Source: a virus (lineage: Duplodnaviria; Caudoviricetes). From it: 64,000 nt of DNA. The position numbers were made by a program, and so were the translations under genes. The stretch is from IMG/VR virus record IMGVR_UViG_3300044961_000667, one strand, 5' to 3'. Under the pieces are notes generated by a model. That model did no database searches. It saw only the letters and a list, made by a program, of their open reading frames with translations, and had not been told where the DNA came from. Numbering within the stretch: the stretch's first letter is position 1; every line of letters starts with the position of its first letter. Below, piece after piece: positions 51,210 to 60,878 of the stretch.

Positions 51210-53000
51210 CTACTTGGAGGCGTCGAGAACGCTCTTGACGAAGTGAGTCGCCTCCGCGGTCTCCTGCCGGCGCTTCTTCATCCAGTCGTCGAACGACATC
51301 TCGGGGCCAAGCTGGTCGTCCTTCCCGGCCCACTTGGTCCACAGGTAGTCGAAGTCGGGATCGACGTCTTCCTTGAACGCGTACGGCGAAGGACCGCCCA
51401 GCTCGAACTCCGCCTTCTCGGGGTTCGACATCACCGTGACGAAGTCGGTCACCCAGGAGAGTCCTGGCTCGATGGTGGGCGGCTGCACCTCAGCCTCGTT
51501 GACGTACCCCACACAGATGTGCGGCACGAAGTCGAACGGGCTGCTGTACTCGATTCCCGCCGCAGCGATCGCCCGAACGATGTCGGTACGAAGGGCCGAC
51601 AGGCCCACCGCCGACGGAACCACGTACACCGGCACGCGACCATCGCTGTTCTTGGTGGCGGCGAACTTCCCAGAGCCCGTCAGCGTGAACTCCAACGGGG
51701 GATGCGTGGCCACCACCTCGGCCACCGCCTTCTTGATGCGCTCGAACGCGTCAGGCGGGTGCTTCGACTTGTTGCCGTAGTACGCCAACGTGATGTGTGG
51801 GCCAACACCGTTGTCTCGCGGTTCCCCACGCGCGTACTGCGACATGATCTTCGCGCCCGTCTCAGGCGGAAGCATGATCGCCACCCACAGGCTGCCCTCG
51901 TGGTCCTCCGTCGTGAACCTGGCGTACGGCTGAAGCGGGTGATCCTTCACCGGCTTCACGTCGGGCATCGGTCGACGCAGCATCGGCGGATACTGCTCTT
52001 CATCGCCACCACGCGGACTCCGAGCGTCACCCGGAAGCGTCGTGATGAGCGTCGAGTCGGGCATCGGGTCTTCGACCTTCACTCCGCCCATCGCCTGCTC
52101 GAACTTCCGCGCGAAGAACTTCTCGGCGTCATCGGCCGACACGAGGAACGACGGCAAGCCCACCGCCTCGGTCACGTCCGCTGGGTGCACCGGCACCGGC
52201 GCCGCAGGCGCATTCGGGCCAACCCATCCACAGTCAGGGCACGTCCAGGCATCTCTCCCGTCGTCGTACTCGATCTGAGACTCGCAGGCCGCGCTCTCCT
52301 GATGCCTGCGCATCGCAGCCGACTCCGCATCGACGCTCTCAGCCATCGGCTTCGGGTACAGGCGAAGGCGCTGGAGTGAGTGCGGACCGTCGTCGCCCAT
52401 GTCGACGTCAACCAGCTTCGACCCAGAGCTGGCGGCCAACTCGGCGTGCATTCGATCGGCGGGCGGCGTGCGACTGTGCTTGCTGACGATCTTCCCCGTC
52501 TTGCGGTCTACGGACCCCTCTCCCGACGCCAGGATCATCCCGTGCTTCAACAGCCAGTTCACGGTCTTCGCCACCAGCTTGCGGCCCATCCCCTTCTCAC
52601 CAGAAACGTTGGCGAGGTCGCTGATGAAGGCCAAACGCTTGCCTTCGACTTCGATGTCTCCGGTCGACAACCCCATCTCGGCCATCACCTGGCCGTCGGG
52701 GCTGATCAGCATGGCGAACAGATCGTAGCTGCTGTGGTTCTTGTCGACATCCAACTCCCAGCCATCACCAACCGACTCGCGCTGAGGCAGCTTCCCTTTG
52801 GCCAGCTGGCGGTTGAACTTCTTGAACTGCTTCTCCTTGGACTTCTTGTCGTCCCAGTTGCCCCACGGCTTGATGCTTCCGCCGCCAGCACCAGGGGCAA
52901 CGCCACCAAGCGGAACGGCGACGGTACCGACGTTCGCGGCAGTGGTCTGCTCGTTGCGAACGACCGCCTCCAGCTCTCGAATCAGTTCGTCGATCTTCAT
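51210..53000 (-). CDS. Multidomain protein with 2H phosphoesterase, GNAT-like and Zn-ribbon segments
   Basis: PHITLAY…FVPHICVGY (two H-x-T/C motifs); GEKGMGRKLV; CPDC. Confidence 0.75.
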   Translation of the reverse strand: MKIDELIRELEAVVRNEQTTAANVGTVAVPLGGVAPGAGGGSIKPWGNWDDKKSKEKQFKKFNRQLAKGKLPQRESVGDGWELDVDKNHSSYDLFAMLISPDGQVMAEMGLSTGDIEVEGKRLAFISDLANVSGEKGMGRKLVAKTVNWLLKHGMILASGEGSVDRKTGKIVSKHSRTPPADRMHAELAASSGSKLVDVDMGDDGPHSLQRLRLYPKPMAESVDAESAAMRRHQESAACESQIEYDDGRDAWTCPDCGWVGPNAPAAPVPVHPADVTEAVGLPSFLVSADDAEKFFARKFEQAMGGVKVEDPMPDSTLITTLPGDARSPRGGDEEQYPPMLRRPMPDVKPVKDHPLQPYARFTTEDHEGSLWVAIMLPPETGAKIMSQYARGEPRDNGVGPHITLAYYGNKSKHPPDAFERIKKAVAEVVATHPPLEFTLTGSGKFAATKNSDGRVPVYVVPSAVGLSALRTDIVRAIAAAGIEYSSPFDFVPHICVGYVNEAEVQPPTIEPGLSWVTDFVTVMSNPEKAEFELGGPSPYAFKEDVDPDFDYLWTKWAGKDDQLGPEMSFDDWMKKRRQETAEATHFVKSVLDASK

Positions 53001-53001
53001 C

Positions 53002-53574
53002 TCACGCTCCGATGGCGTACTCTTCCCAGTACTCGGGCTTGATCTCCAGCTCCTGCAACGAAATCGCGCTGGACGACGCATCGAAGTCGCTTCCCACCTT
53101 GTACCTCGTCGGCACGCACCCGTGGAGCACCCAGGCTTTCCCTGGGATCCGAGTGTACTGCGTCCCGAGGGCCACGCTGCCCACCGGGTTCATCGACGTG
53201 AAGTGCACCAGCAGCAAGTTCTTCCGAACTGAGCTGCCGGCGCCGGCGGCCAACAGAGCCGGCAACGCCCCGGAGTTCTGCTTGGTGAGCGCCGCCTTGT
53301 CTCCGCTCAGCGCAGCGACGATCCATCGCCAGAAGTCGCTGTCGAAGAACTGAACGCCGCGGGTCAGCGTGATCGAGTTCACTGCCGCCCTGGTGACGAC
53401 AGTCCTCGGGAAGTGCCACGTCCCCTCTCGGATGTCGTGGGTCTCGACGGTGATCTCAGGCGCAGTGATGGCGCTGAACCCGAACACGGGCAGCAGCACT
53501 GGCGTCGGGAACGAGATGTCCGTGAGCCAGAACTGGTACGCCTGCATGTAGTCCAGCACCCGCGAGTTCGCCAT
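53002..53574 (-). CDS. Tail tube protein (gp19 family), second copy
   Basis: GFSAITAPEITVE…REG…ITLTRGV…FWRW…P..YK..DFDA.SS…E..I. Confidence 0.85.
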   Translation of the reverse strand: MANSRVLDYMQAYQFWLTDISFPTPVLLPVFGFSAITAPEITVETHDIREGTWHFPRTVVTRAAVNSITLTRGVQFFDSDFWRWIVAALSGDKAALTKQNSGALPALLAAGAGSSVRKNLLLVHFTSMNPVGSVALGTQYTRIPGKAWVLHGCVPTRYKVGSDFDASSSAISLQELEIKPEYWEEYAIGA

Positions 53575-53585
53575 TCTCTGACCTC

Positions 53586-53620
53586 AAAACGAAGGGCCGG
53601 CCGATTGCTCGACCGGCCCC
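53586..53620 (-). terminator. Intrinsic terminator-like hairpin
   Basis: GGCCGGTCG-AGCAA-TCGGCCGGCC CTTCGTTTT. Confidence 0.55.
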
Positions 53621-53660
53621 CGGCTCCCGCGTACGGGTTGGCCGTCTTGGAGTAGACCTA

Positions 53661-54185
53661 CTAGGCGTTCGCTTCGACCTTCTCGCCACCCACGACCTCG
53701 ATGTCGAAGGACTCGTAGTCGAGGGTCATCTCGGTGATGGAGATGTCCGACGACGTCGCGTCGAGGTCGCTGCTCACCTTGTTCGACGTGGGGAACGCGT
53801 TCCACAGCGTGATCTTGCGAGCCGGCTGCTGCGCGTTGTCGCGGTGGAAGTGGTTGATCGTCACGTCGGCCCGGTACTCGCCGCCCTTGATGACCAGGTA
53901 GATCCACTTCGCCAGCGCCGTCTCAGCGCGGGCCACGCCACGCGACAGGGTGATCGGCTCGAACGTCGGCACGCCCGGCTGCTTCTTCGTGTACGTCCAG
54001 ATGCCCTCGCGGTACGTCGCCGACTCGACGGTGACGTTGGGCATGCCGCACGCGTTGAAGCCGCCCTGCGGGAAGCGATCGCCTCGGGGGGCCGAAGTGC
54101 CCAGGAAGGTCCCGCCGCCGGCCTTCACGTCGGTCACCTGGAAGCGGAAGTTGTGGAGGAAGTCGCTGTTCTCTGCGCGTGCCAT
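53661..54185 (-). CDS. Tail tube protein (gp19 family)
   Basis: NFRFQV…GF..C…YREG…KQPG..TF..ITLSRGV…LWNAFP…DLDATSSD…TL.YE. Confidence 0.9.
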   Translation of the reverse strand: MARAENSDFLHNFRFQVTDVKAGGGTFLGTSAPRGDRFPQGGFNACGMPNVTVESATYREGIWTYTKKQPGVPTFEPITLSRGVARAETALAKWIYLVIKGGEYRADVTINHFHRDNAQQPARKITLWNAFPTSNKVSSDLDATSSDISITEMTLDYESFDIEVVGGEKVEANA

Positions 54186-54200
54186 CGTGTTCTCCCGTAC

Positions 54201-54764
54201 TCAGAACGAGCCGTAGCCCGTGACCGTGTCCTTCTTGTAGAGGGAATCGCCCGCCGTCTGAGCGATCCCCTTCCCGGCGATCGGATTCGCATCGCGCAGC
54301 TGGTGCATCAGGTCGATCGCCATCATCTTCTTGTCGGCGATCGACTTCTGGAAGTCGGCCGCCACCGCCGGATGCAGCCCGAGGTTCTCGGCGTGCAACA
54401 GCACGTCGTCGAGGAACATCACCATCCCTGCGGAGTACGGCTTGTTCGCGCGCCCCACCGAGCCGAACGACGTCAGGTCCTGCAGGAAGACGCCGGCGTC
54501 CCAGATCTTCTGGGCGACATCGGCGAGCGCCCCGGCACGCATCAGCGAGCCCAGCACCCAGCGCTGCCACTGCGAATCGGTCAGCGACGCGTGGCCGACG
54601 GCTCGAAGGCAGATCTTCCCGTCCTTCATGTCCCGCTCGCCCTTGAACATGAAGCCGGCAGGGTCGAGCGAGCCGACCCACCCGCCCTGAACGACCCCGA
54701 CCAGCTCCTCGAAGAGGTCGCTGGCTCTGGCCATCACATCTCGGCTTTCGTTCTTCGTGCTCAT
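54201..54764 (-). CDS. Hypothetical protein between sheath and tube
   Basis: 187 aa, GAGG RBS. Confidence 0.7.
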   Translation of the reverse strand: MSTKNESRDVMARASDLFEELVGVVQGGWVGSLDPAGFMFKGERDMKDGKICLRAVGHASLTDSQWQRWVLGSLMRAGALADVAQKIWDAGVFLQDLTSFGSVGRANKPYSAGMVMFLDDVLLHAENLGLHPAVAADFQKSIADKKMMAIDLMHQLRDANPIAGKGIAQTAGDSLYKKDTVTGYGSF

Positions 54765-54793
54765 CGTTGCCTCAGGGCCTCACCGAGCCAGGC

Positions 54794-56854
54794 TTACCCG
54801 CCGGTGTTGGTCTTCTGCTGGAACCTGAACCGGACGAACTCGGCCGGCTTGTTGGGCGCGACGCCGACGTCGACCACCACCTGGCCAGCGTCGATGACTT
54901 CCTGCGGGTTGTTCTTCTCGTCGACCTGCACGAAGAAGGCGTCCGCGGGCTTCGTGCCGGCGAAGTACCCGTTGCCGAAGAGCACCAGCAGGAACGACGT
55001 CATCTGCAGGTTGATCTTGGTCCAGAGGTCCGGGCCGTTGTTCTCGAACACGATCCAGTGCGTCGAGTTGAACGTGCTCTTCTCCAGGAACATCAACAGC
55101 CGGCGGGCGTTGATGTAGCGGTACAGCGGGTCGAGCGCGAGCGTGCGCACGCCCCAGACCGCGACGCCCGTCTGCGCCGAGCTGATCAGCGGGTTGATGC
55201 GGTTCGGGTACACCGTGTCCCGCTCGCCCTTGTCGAGCACCCGCTCCAGGCCCACCTGGAAGTTCAGCTTGCCGTCGTCGATGCCGCCAGGCGACTTGCC
55301 GACGTTCTTGTTCGTGTCGGTGCGCGCGTAGACGCCAGCGACGTGGCCCAGCGGCGGGATGTTCAGCGGCCGGTTGGTGAGCGGGTCGGTGACCGTGATC
55401 CACGGGTAGTACAGCGCCGCGTAGCTCGTGTTCGGCACGAACTGGAACCGGATGTAGTCGACGGCCTCCTGCGGCTTCAGGCCGGAGGGCGTCGTCAGGA
55501 TGACGAACTTGTCCTTCCGCGACTCGGCGTAGCTGATCTGGTCGCCCGCCACCGTGACGTTGCCAGCGAAGTCGGGGATGCACAGCTGCATGATCTCATC
55601 GGGCCGGTCGAACGCGTAGATGCCGCGACGATCAGCCTCCAGACTGGGCGACGAGACCTCGTTGCGAGTCACGCCGGCGACGCCATCAGAGCCCGCGGAG
55701 AAGGTGAACGTCACCGACGCCGACGGAGCCTTGAAGTAGTTCGCCGTGACGGCGGCGGCGGCAGGCGTGGCCGCACCGAGCAGCTTCACGTTGTACGCGC
55801 CGGTCGTGTAGTCGATCGTGTTGACGCCGGTCGGATCCACGCCCGAGCCGGTGAACTTGCCCTGGCCGTTGTCGGTCGCGATCACCACCGACTGGCAGAG
55901 GATGTTCACCGTCTTCTTGAAGACGGGGACGTTGGCCAGGGTTCCGGTGAACGTCTGCGCCAGGCCCGTACCCGTGCCCACTGCGACGCCAGTGAACGGC
56001 GTCCCGTTCAGCACCGTCGGCACCGCGTTCTGGCCAGGCGTCTTCACGACGATCAGGTCGGAGCCCGAGTTCACGACGGACGGCATGTACTCGGTGTCGT
56101 TCGCGTCGGTGAACGACATGCCGGTGAAGGTCTCGACGAGCTGGTACACCGCGTCGGCGTCCTTCTTGAACACCAGCAGGTCGTGCTTGGTGTACTTGCC
56201 CAGCGCGTAGTCGACGTAGTCCTCGTTGTTGCGGACCATCACCTGCAGATCGTTGCCCCACACGCCCTTCGAGCTGGCGTCGAGGTCCCAGATCTGCTGC
56301 TGGTACGAGATGCGCACCGGAGTCGCGATCGCCGGGGCAACAGAGAAGGTCACCGACACCGCGCCCGTCGCGTAGTTGATCGTGCCGGCGGAGATGCCAG
56401 CGCCCGTGATGAGCCCGGCGCCGTCGTCCGTCCCAGTCACACTGCCCGCGGTGACGGTCACACTGCTGGTGCGCACCGGCAACCCCGTAGCAGTGTGAGT
56501 GAATACGGTCGCCACGCCATCGCCAACAGAGGGCGTCATCGAGACGTTGGTGAACGGGTTGACGATGAACCCGTGGGCCAGCGCCGCATCAGACGCCACG
56601 ACTCGCGTCATGAAGCCACGCGAGCCGCCGTTGGCGAAGAAGGCCGCCACGTTCAACGGAACGAAACTGTCCGGCGTGAAGTCGCCGAAGATGGCCTTGA
56701 AACCACCGAACGAGGTGATCAGCGTGGCGAGGTCCGTCGGACCTTCCTTGCTGTAGCCGATGATGCCGATCGACGAGGTCGACACGCCCTGGATGACGCG
56801 TGGGCCAGCCGCAACCTCTTCGATGAAAATGCCTGGGCTCAGAAATTCGGGCAT
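54794..56854 (-). CDS. Tail sheath protein
   Basis: FLSPGIFIEE…AFFANGG…YAALYYPW…PPLGHVAG.YARTD…GVAVWGVRTL…YINARRL…KPAEFV. Confidence 0.95.
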   Translation of the reverse strand: MPEFLSPGIFIEEVAAGPRVIQGVSTSSIGIIGYSKEGPTDLATLITSFGGFKAIFGDFTPDSFVPLNVAAFFANGGSRGFMTRVVASDAALAHGFIVNPFTNVSMTPSVGDGVATVFTHTATGLPVRTSSVTVTAGSVTGTDDGAGLITGAGISAGTINYATGAVSVTFSVAPAIATPVRISYQQQIWDLDASSKGVWGNDLQVMVRNNEDYVDYALGKYTKHDLLVFKKDADAVYQLVETFTGMSFTDANDTEYMPSVVNSGSDLIVVKTPGQNAVPTVLNGTPFTGVAVGTGTGLAQTFTGTLANVPVFKKTVNILCQSVVIATDNGQGKFTGSGVDPTGVNTIDYTTGAYNVKLLGAATPAAAAVTANYFKAPSASVTFTFSAGSDGVAGVTRNEVSSPSLEADRRGIYAFDRPDEIMQLCIPDFAGNVTVAGDQISYAESRKDKFVILTTPSGLKPQEAVDYIRFQFVPNTSYAALYYPWITVTDPLTNRPLNIPPLGHVAGVYARTDTNKNVGKSPGGIDDGKLNFQVGLERVLDKGERDTVYPNRINPLISSAQTGVAVWGVRTLALDPLYRYINARRLLMFLEKSTFNSTHWIVFENNGPDLWTKINLQMTSFLLVLFGNGYFAGTKPADAFFVQVDEKNNPQEVIDAGQVVVDVGVAPNKPAEFVRFRFQQKTNTGG

Positions 56855-56879
56855 GACGTTGCGTCTCCTCGGTTCCGTC

Positions 56880-57194
56880 TCAGCGGCGCTTTCTCACGTG
56901 CCGCGCCCCCACAGGGGCCTCATCAGAAGTCTTCTTTTCGTCGGTCAGTGGCTCTGGCGAGCCACTCTCTACCACCTTCGCCGGGACTTGGGCCACAACC
57001 TGCCCCAGGGGGACTTCCGGAGCAACCTCGTCGAGGCGCTTCACCTTCCCGATGGAGATCATCCTCTGTAGCTCGGGCGACCCGTCGAGGTCGTCGCCGA
57101 CGACGAACGCCGAGAAGCCTCGCGGACAGCAGCTCTTCTGGTTGTCCAGTTCGATGGGCAGCGGACCAGGAGTGCAGTTGTAGTAGCGACCCAT
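56880..57194 (-). CDS. Hypothetical protein preceding sheath
   Basis: 104 aa, GGAG RBS. Confidence 0.6.
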   Translation of the reverse strand: MGRYYNCTPGPLPIELDNQKSCCPRGFSAFVVGDDLDGSPELQRMISIGKVKRLDEVAPEVPLGQVVAQVPAKVVESGSPEPLTDEKKTSDEAPVGARHVRKRR

Positions 57195-57205
57195 TCTTCA
57201 CTCCG

Positions 57206-57922
57206 TCAGTTGGTTTTCAAGCCAACGTGCACAATCACTTCCGTAGCCGCAGTATCGGTGCGCGGGTCCGACAAATCCAGCTCTCCTTCGACTCTGATGG
57301 AGACGGTGAAGCCTACCACTCGCTCCCCGACCCTCGCCAGTTCGTCGATGACGGTGAAGCCCTCCTGGAAGGCTTCGTAGGTCCGCTTCTCTTTCAGAGA
57401 GTCGACGACGTACACGCTCGACGCTGGGTGCTGGTACACGCGCATCACGTGCTCCAGCAGCAGCAGCGCGTCGCCACGCGTCTTCGCGAGCACGTGCAGA
57501 TCGTACGGGATGTCGTACGGGTACGCCCAGTCCTTCGACTCGTACTTCGTGAAGCCCTGGACCCCCGTCTTCGTGTCCGTCACCGGCTGAGCGCTCGCCG
57601 ACGGCAACCGGTACTCCTTCGTCTTGGGGTGGTAGCGCAGCGGCGCTGGAACATGGTCTCCGCGGCGCACCACGATCTGCGGCACCTCGGGCGTCTCGTA
57701 GACATCCTCGGGAGCACTGAAGGTGATCAGAACGGCGTTGCCAGGACCCGTTCCCGGAAAGTTCATCGACTTCGTGAAGCGCGACAGCGGCAGAAAGTAG
57801 TTCGGCTGTTGCTTCACGCCATCGCGCAACGTTCTCGACAACTGAACTCCACCGAGCGTCTCAATGACGCCCTGGTCGAAGTTCCTCATGAAGACCGAGC
57901 CGGTCCTGAAGGAATCGCTCAT
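57206..57922 (-). CDS. Tail terminator/sheath stabiliser (gp15-like)
   Basis: P.PYDIPY.L…; position before sheath. Confidence 0.65.
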   Translation of the reverse strand: MSDSFRTGSVFMRNFDQGVIETLGGVQLSRTLRDGVKQQPNYFLPLSRFTKSMNFPGTGPGNAVLITFSAPEDVYETPEVPQIVVRRGDHVPAPLRYHPKTKEYRLPSASAQPVTDTKTGVQGFTKYESKDWAYPYDIPYDLHVLAKTRGDALLLLEHVMRVYQHPASSVYVVDSLKEKRTYEAFQEGFTVIDELARVGERVVGFTVSIRVEGELDLSDPRTDTAATEVIVHVGLKTN

Positions 57923-58344
57923 CGCCCATGGGACCTGGCAGCAGCCTCTCGGTCGGCCAGCTCCTGCGCCGCCCTGAGCACGGCCGGCTTGAAGTCCGTC
58001 GTCTTGGCCGCCGCGGTCCACGCGCCAAGATCTTCGTCGCTGGCCCTCGCGCTCGGGAACGGAGGCATGCGCCCTTCTGCGGCGTACCGCTTGGCCATCG
58101 AGACGATCAGCCCGACAGCGAGGTCGGGCTTGAACGCGTAGCGGACTGCCAGGCTGTTCACGCAGTCGCCGAGGAAGTCGTCGAAGCCTCGCTCCGACTC
58201 CGACGGGTTGAACGCAGTCATGGGCGCCGACGCCGTCCGCTCACCAGCGCCGCCAAATGGCGTCCCAGTGGTCACGACCGCACCGCCCTCACCGAGCACC
58301 TTCTTCATCGACTCAACGAGTGGCCTGAGCCTCGACAGCGACAT
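57919..58344 (-). CDS. Hypothetical protein with LVESMK leader
   Basis: MSLSRLRPLVESMKKVLGEG; GGAGG RBS. Confidence 0.7.
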   Translation of the reverse strand: MSLSRLRPLVESMKKVLGEGGAVVTTGTPFGGAGERTASAPMTAFNPSESERGFDDFLGDCVNSLAVRYAFKPDLAVGLIVSMAKRYAAEGRMPPFPSARASDEDLGAWTAAAKTTDFKPAVLRAAQELADREAAARSHGR

Positions 58345-58377
58345 CGTGTCCTCCGTTCAGTCGACTATACCCGGAAC

Positions 58378-59235
58378 TCAGATCCGGATCTTCTTCACGA
58401 AGGGCACGAACGCCAGCGTGTTCGTGAAGCTCACCTGCGGCAGCTTCTTTTTCCGGCCCGCGGACTTCCACCCGAAGTTCGGGTCCCACAGCCACTTCCC
58501 CCAGTACCCCTTCGTCCACTCCCTTTCAACTTGCTGCCGCATCGCTCGATGCGACGGCCGCCAATGCGGGATCGAACGCTGCCCTCCAACACCGAACTCC
58601 ACTCGCAGAGCAAACGTCGACAGGTCGGTGAGTCCCTTGACTGGCTTCCGAAGCTCGCTGGGCATCCGAACGCCGGCGGCCAACAACGCCTTCGCGATGT
58701 CGGGCCTCTGGTCCTGTCGCTGTGAGCGAACTCGCGAGACCTCGGCAACCGTCGACGGCATGAAGACGACGTTCGCCTCCTTCGGCCCTGGCGACAGCGG
58801 CAACGTGTCGACCGTCCACGGGTTGTACTGCATCAGCACATCAAGCCAGGCGGGCCTCTGGTCTGGGCTCTGCCTGGGCTTCGAGTAGATCATCACCAGC
58901 GAACGATCGTTGTCGCGACGAGTTGCACGCCGACGGCGACCCAGCGACTGCACCGCGAAGACGTTCCGAGGGCTGCCAGGCGGGGTGCTCGTCACCTGCA
59001 CCACTCGCAGCGACCGCTTGTACTCCGCGAAGAACGCCGACGTCGGGAGCCGTCGCTTCATCAGCGAGAGGTGCATCTCGGCCATCCGGCGGGACACATC
59101 CTCCATCACCGCCTGCTGCCGCTTGACGACTTCCTTCGCCGACGGCCCGATGGGGAGCACCTTCTCCAGGTCGCTTGCGGCCCTGGGGATCGGTCTGTTC
59201 CCCGTCGCACGGACGCTGAAGGGCGACTCCGCCAC
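58378..59235 (-). CDS. Basic virion morphogenesis protein (neck/tail completion?)
   Basis: …EFGVGG…PHWRP…; in head-tail joining region. Confidence 0.6.
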   Translation of the reverse strand: MAESPFSVRATGNRPIPRAASDLEKVLPIGPSAKEVVKRQQAVMEDVSRRMAEMHLSLMKRRLPTSAFFAEYKRSLRVVQVTSTPPGSPRNVFAVQSLGRRRRATRRDNDRSLVMIYSKPRQSPDQRPAWLDVLMQYNPWTVDTLPLSPGPKEANVVFMPSTVAEVSRVRSQRQDQRPDIAKALLAAGVRMPSELRKPVKGLTDLSTFALRVEFGVGGQRSIPHWRPSHRAMRQQVEREWTKGYWGKWLWDPNFGWKSAGRKKKLPQVSFTNTLAFVPFVKKIRI

Positions 59236-59239
59236 CGGA

Positions 59240-59836
59240 TTACGAGATCCGGCTCACGAGGGTCGCGGGCCACTCCATCACGCGACCCTTGAGCTTGTGC
59301 CCTTCGCTCTCGATGCGAACCTTCAGCTTGCCGTCGACCGCCGACTCCGCCTGCACGCTCGCGCGGAGCATGGACTCCGACGTCGTCTGCGTGGCCGGCA
59401 CCGTCACCGCGACCGCCTCGCCCACCTTCCAGGGGATGTACCCCATGGTCGCGCCGGTCATCTTGGCCGCGCCGGGGACGTTGCCGACCGGCTCGTCCTC
59501 AGCAGCCCGAACGTCCGCGGAGCGACGCTCGCCGATGATCGAGCTGATCTCGCGCATCGACGACTCGAAGGCGTTCTCCTCATTCTTGTCGTCATCCTTC
59601 TTGTCGTCCTCGACGTCCTCGGCCTTCATCGCCTGGACGGCGGGCGGGTTGATGGTGCCCTGCTGCTCATCGCCAGCTGCGGTCCCAACGAGCGCGACGT
59701 CACCCGTCTTCAGCGGAATCTCGCCGATGCCGGCGTCCTCGCTGTAGCGATCGTCCTCGCTGCGGCGCTCGCTGAGAATGGAGGTCACCTCCTCCATCGT
59801 CGCCTTCGCTCGATCTTCGATCTTGGTCTGGTTCAT
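59240..59836 (-). CDS. Acidic protein with duplicated leader-like segment
   Basis: TMEEVTSILSERR and SMREISSIIGERR repeat. Confidence 0.65.
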   Translation of the reverse strand: MNQTKIEDRAKATMEEVTSILSERRSEDDRYSEDAGIGEIPLKTGDVALVGTAAGDEQQGTINPPAVQAMKAEDVEDDKKDDDKNEENAFESSMREISSIIGERRSADVRAAEDEPVGNVPGAAKMTGATMGYIPWKVGEAVAVTVPATQTTSESMLRASVQAESAVDGKLKVRIESEGHKLKGRVMEWPATLVSRIS

Positions 59837-60195
59837 GTCGTCCTCGTCTGGAACCCGGCCTCGACCGGGGGTGCTTCTTTGCCCTTCGGAGCCATTTCCA
59901 ACAGCGGCCTGCAGCCCTTGCACAACCCCAACACCCGCCCTCCGAACGACTTCGGCTTCAGCTTGTACATCGCTTCGCTGCCACATGCGAAGCAGCTGAC
60001 CTCGAACATCGCCTCCGTCAGCGGTCCCTTGTACTCCTTGAAGGTGCTGCCACCCATCGGCCCCCTGCACGCCTCGGTGCCGGTGCACCGCTGGAGCCCT
60101 TGATCCCGCCCCTCGTGCATTCGCACGCACATCGAGCAAACGAATCCTACCCCATCGGCACGAAGCAGCCCAATCGAGAACTCATTCAAGGGCAT
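59833..60195 (-). CDS. Cys-rich zinc-binding protein
   Basis: CSMC, C..…C, CFAC, CKGC. Confidence 0.65.
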   Translation of the reverse strand: MPLNEFSIGLLRADGVGFVCSMCVRMHEGRDQGLQRCTGTEACRGPMGGSTFKEYKGPLTEAMFEVSCFACGSEAMYKLKPKSFGGRVLGLCKGCRPLLEMAPKGKEAPPVEAGFQTRTT

Positions 60196-60878
60196 CAGGA
60201 GGCTTCCATCTGCTGCCAGATCTCTTCGGGAGCCACTTCAGAGTCCTCTCGGTCACCGTGTAGGTCGCCATCCATCTCCCAGGCAACCACGAAGAAGCGC
60301 TCTCCACGCGCCGAAATCGCCTCCCACACCTCCAGCACCTTGGGCTCTCCGACGTCTCGCTGTACACCATGCCGGAACATCAACTGGGCCAGCTGGTCGT
60401 CAGGCTCATCGAGAAGCACCGCAGCCAACTCAGCAACATCTGCTCTCGACAACAGCGACTCCGTGGTGAACGACATGCCCCACGTGCCCTCGAACAGCGA
60501 CGAAAGCGAAACGAGTCCAGCGCTCTCCCGGAAGCTGATCGGAGGTGCCGCGCTGGTGCGCGCGGCGGGCTGCACCTGTCGAATGGATTCAGGCGGGAGT
60601 CCCGAGCCGGAGGCCGCCGTCGGACCATCCAGCGGATTGCCGGAATGATCGTCTGGCTGGGCCTCTCGGCTCGGCTCCTCGGCCGACTCCGCATCACCGG
60701 AGTCGGTGCCCCCTCTCCCCTCTTCTGAACCAGGCTGGCTCTGGCCGTCTTCCTGGCCTGCCTCCCTGGAGAATCTCTGCCACAGGTCGGCCATCGACCA
60801 CGGCTTGGCGTCCATCACGCGGAGCGAGCCGCCCGAGGCGTCGAACTCGTAGAGCTTCTGAAGATCGAGCAGCGTCAC
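60195..60878 (-). CDS. Hypothetical protein
   Basis: 227 aa, both ends overlap neighbours. Confidence 0.6.
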   Translation of the reverse strand: MTLLDLQKLYEFDASGGSLRVMDAKPWSMADLWQRFSREAGQEDGQSQPGSEEGRGGTDSGDAESAEEPSREAQPDDHSGNPLDGPTAASGSGLPPESIRQVQPAARTSAAPPISFRESAGLVSLSSLFEGTWGMSFTTESLLSRADVAELAAVLLDEPDDQLAQLMFRHGVQRDVGEPKVLEVWEAISARGERFFVVAWEMDGDLHGDREDSEVAPEEIWQQMEAS

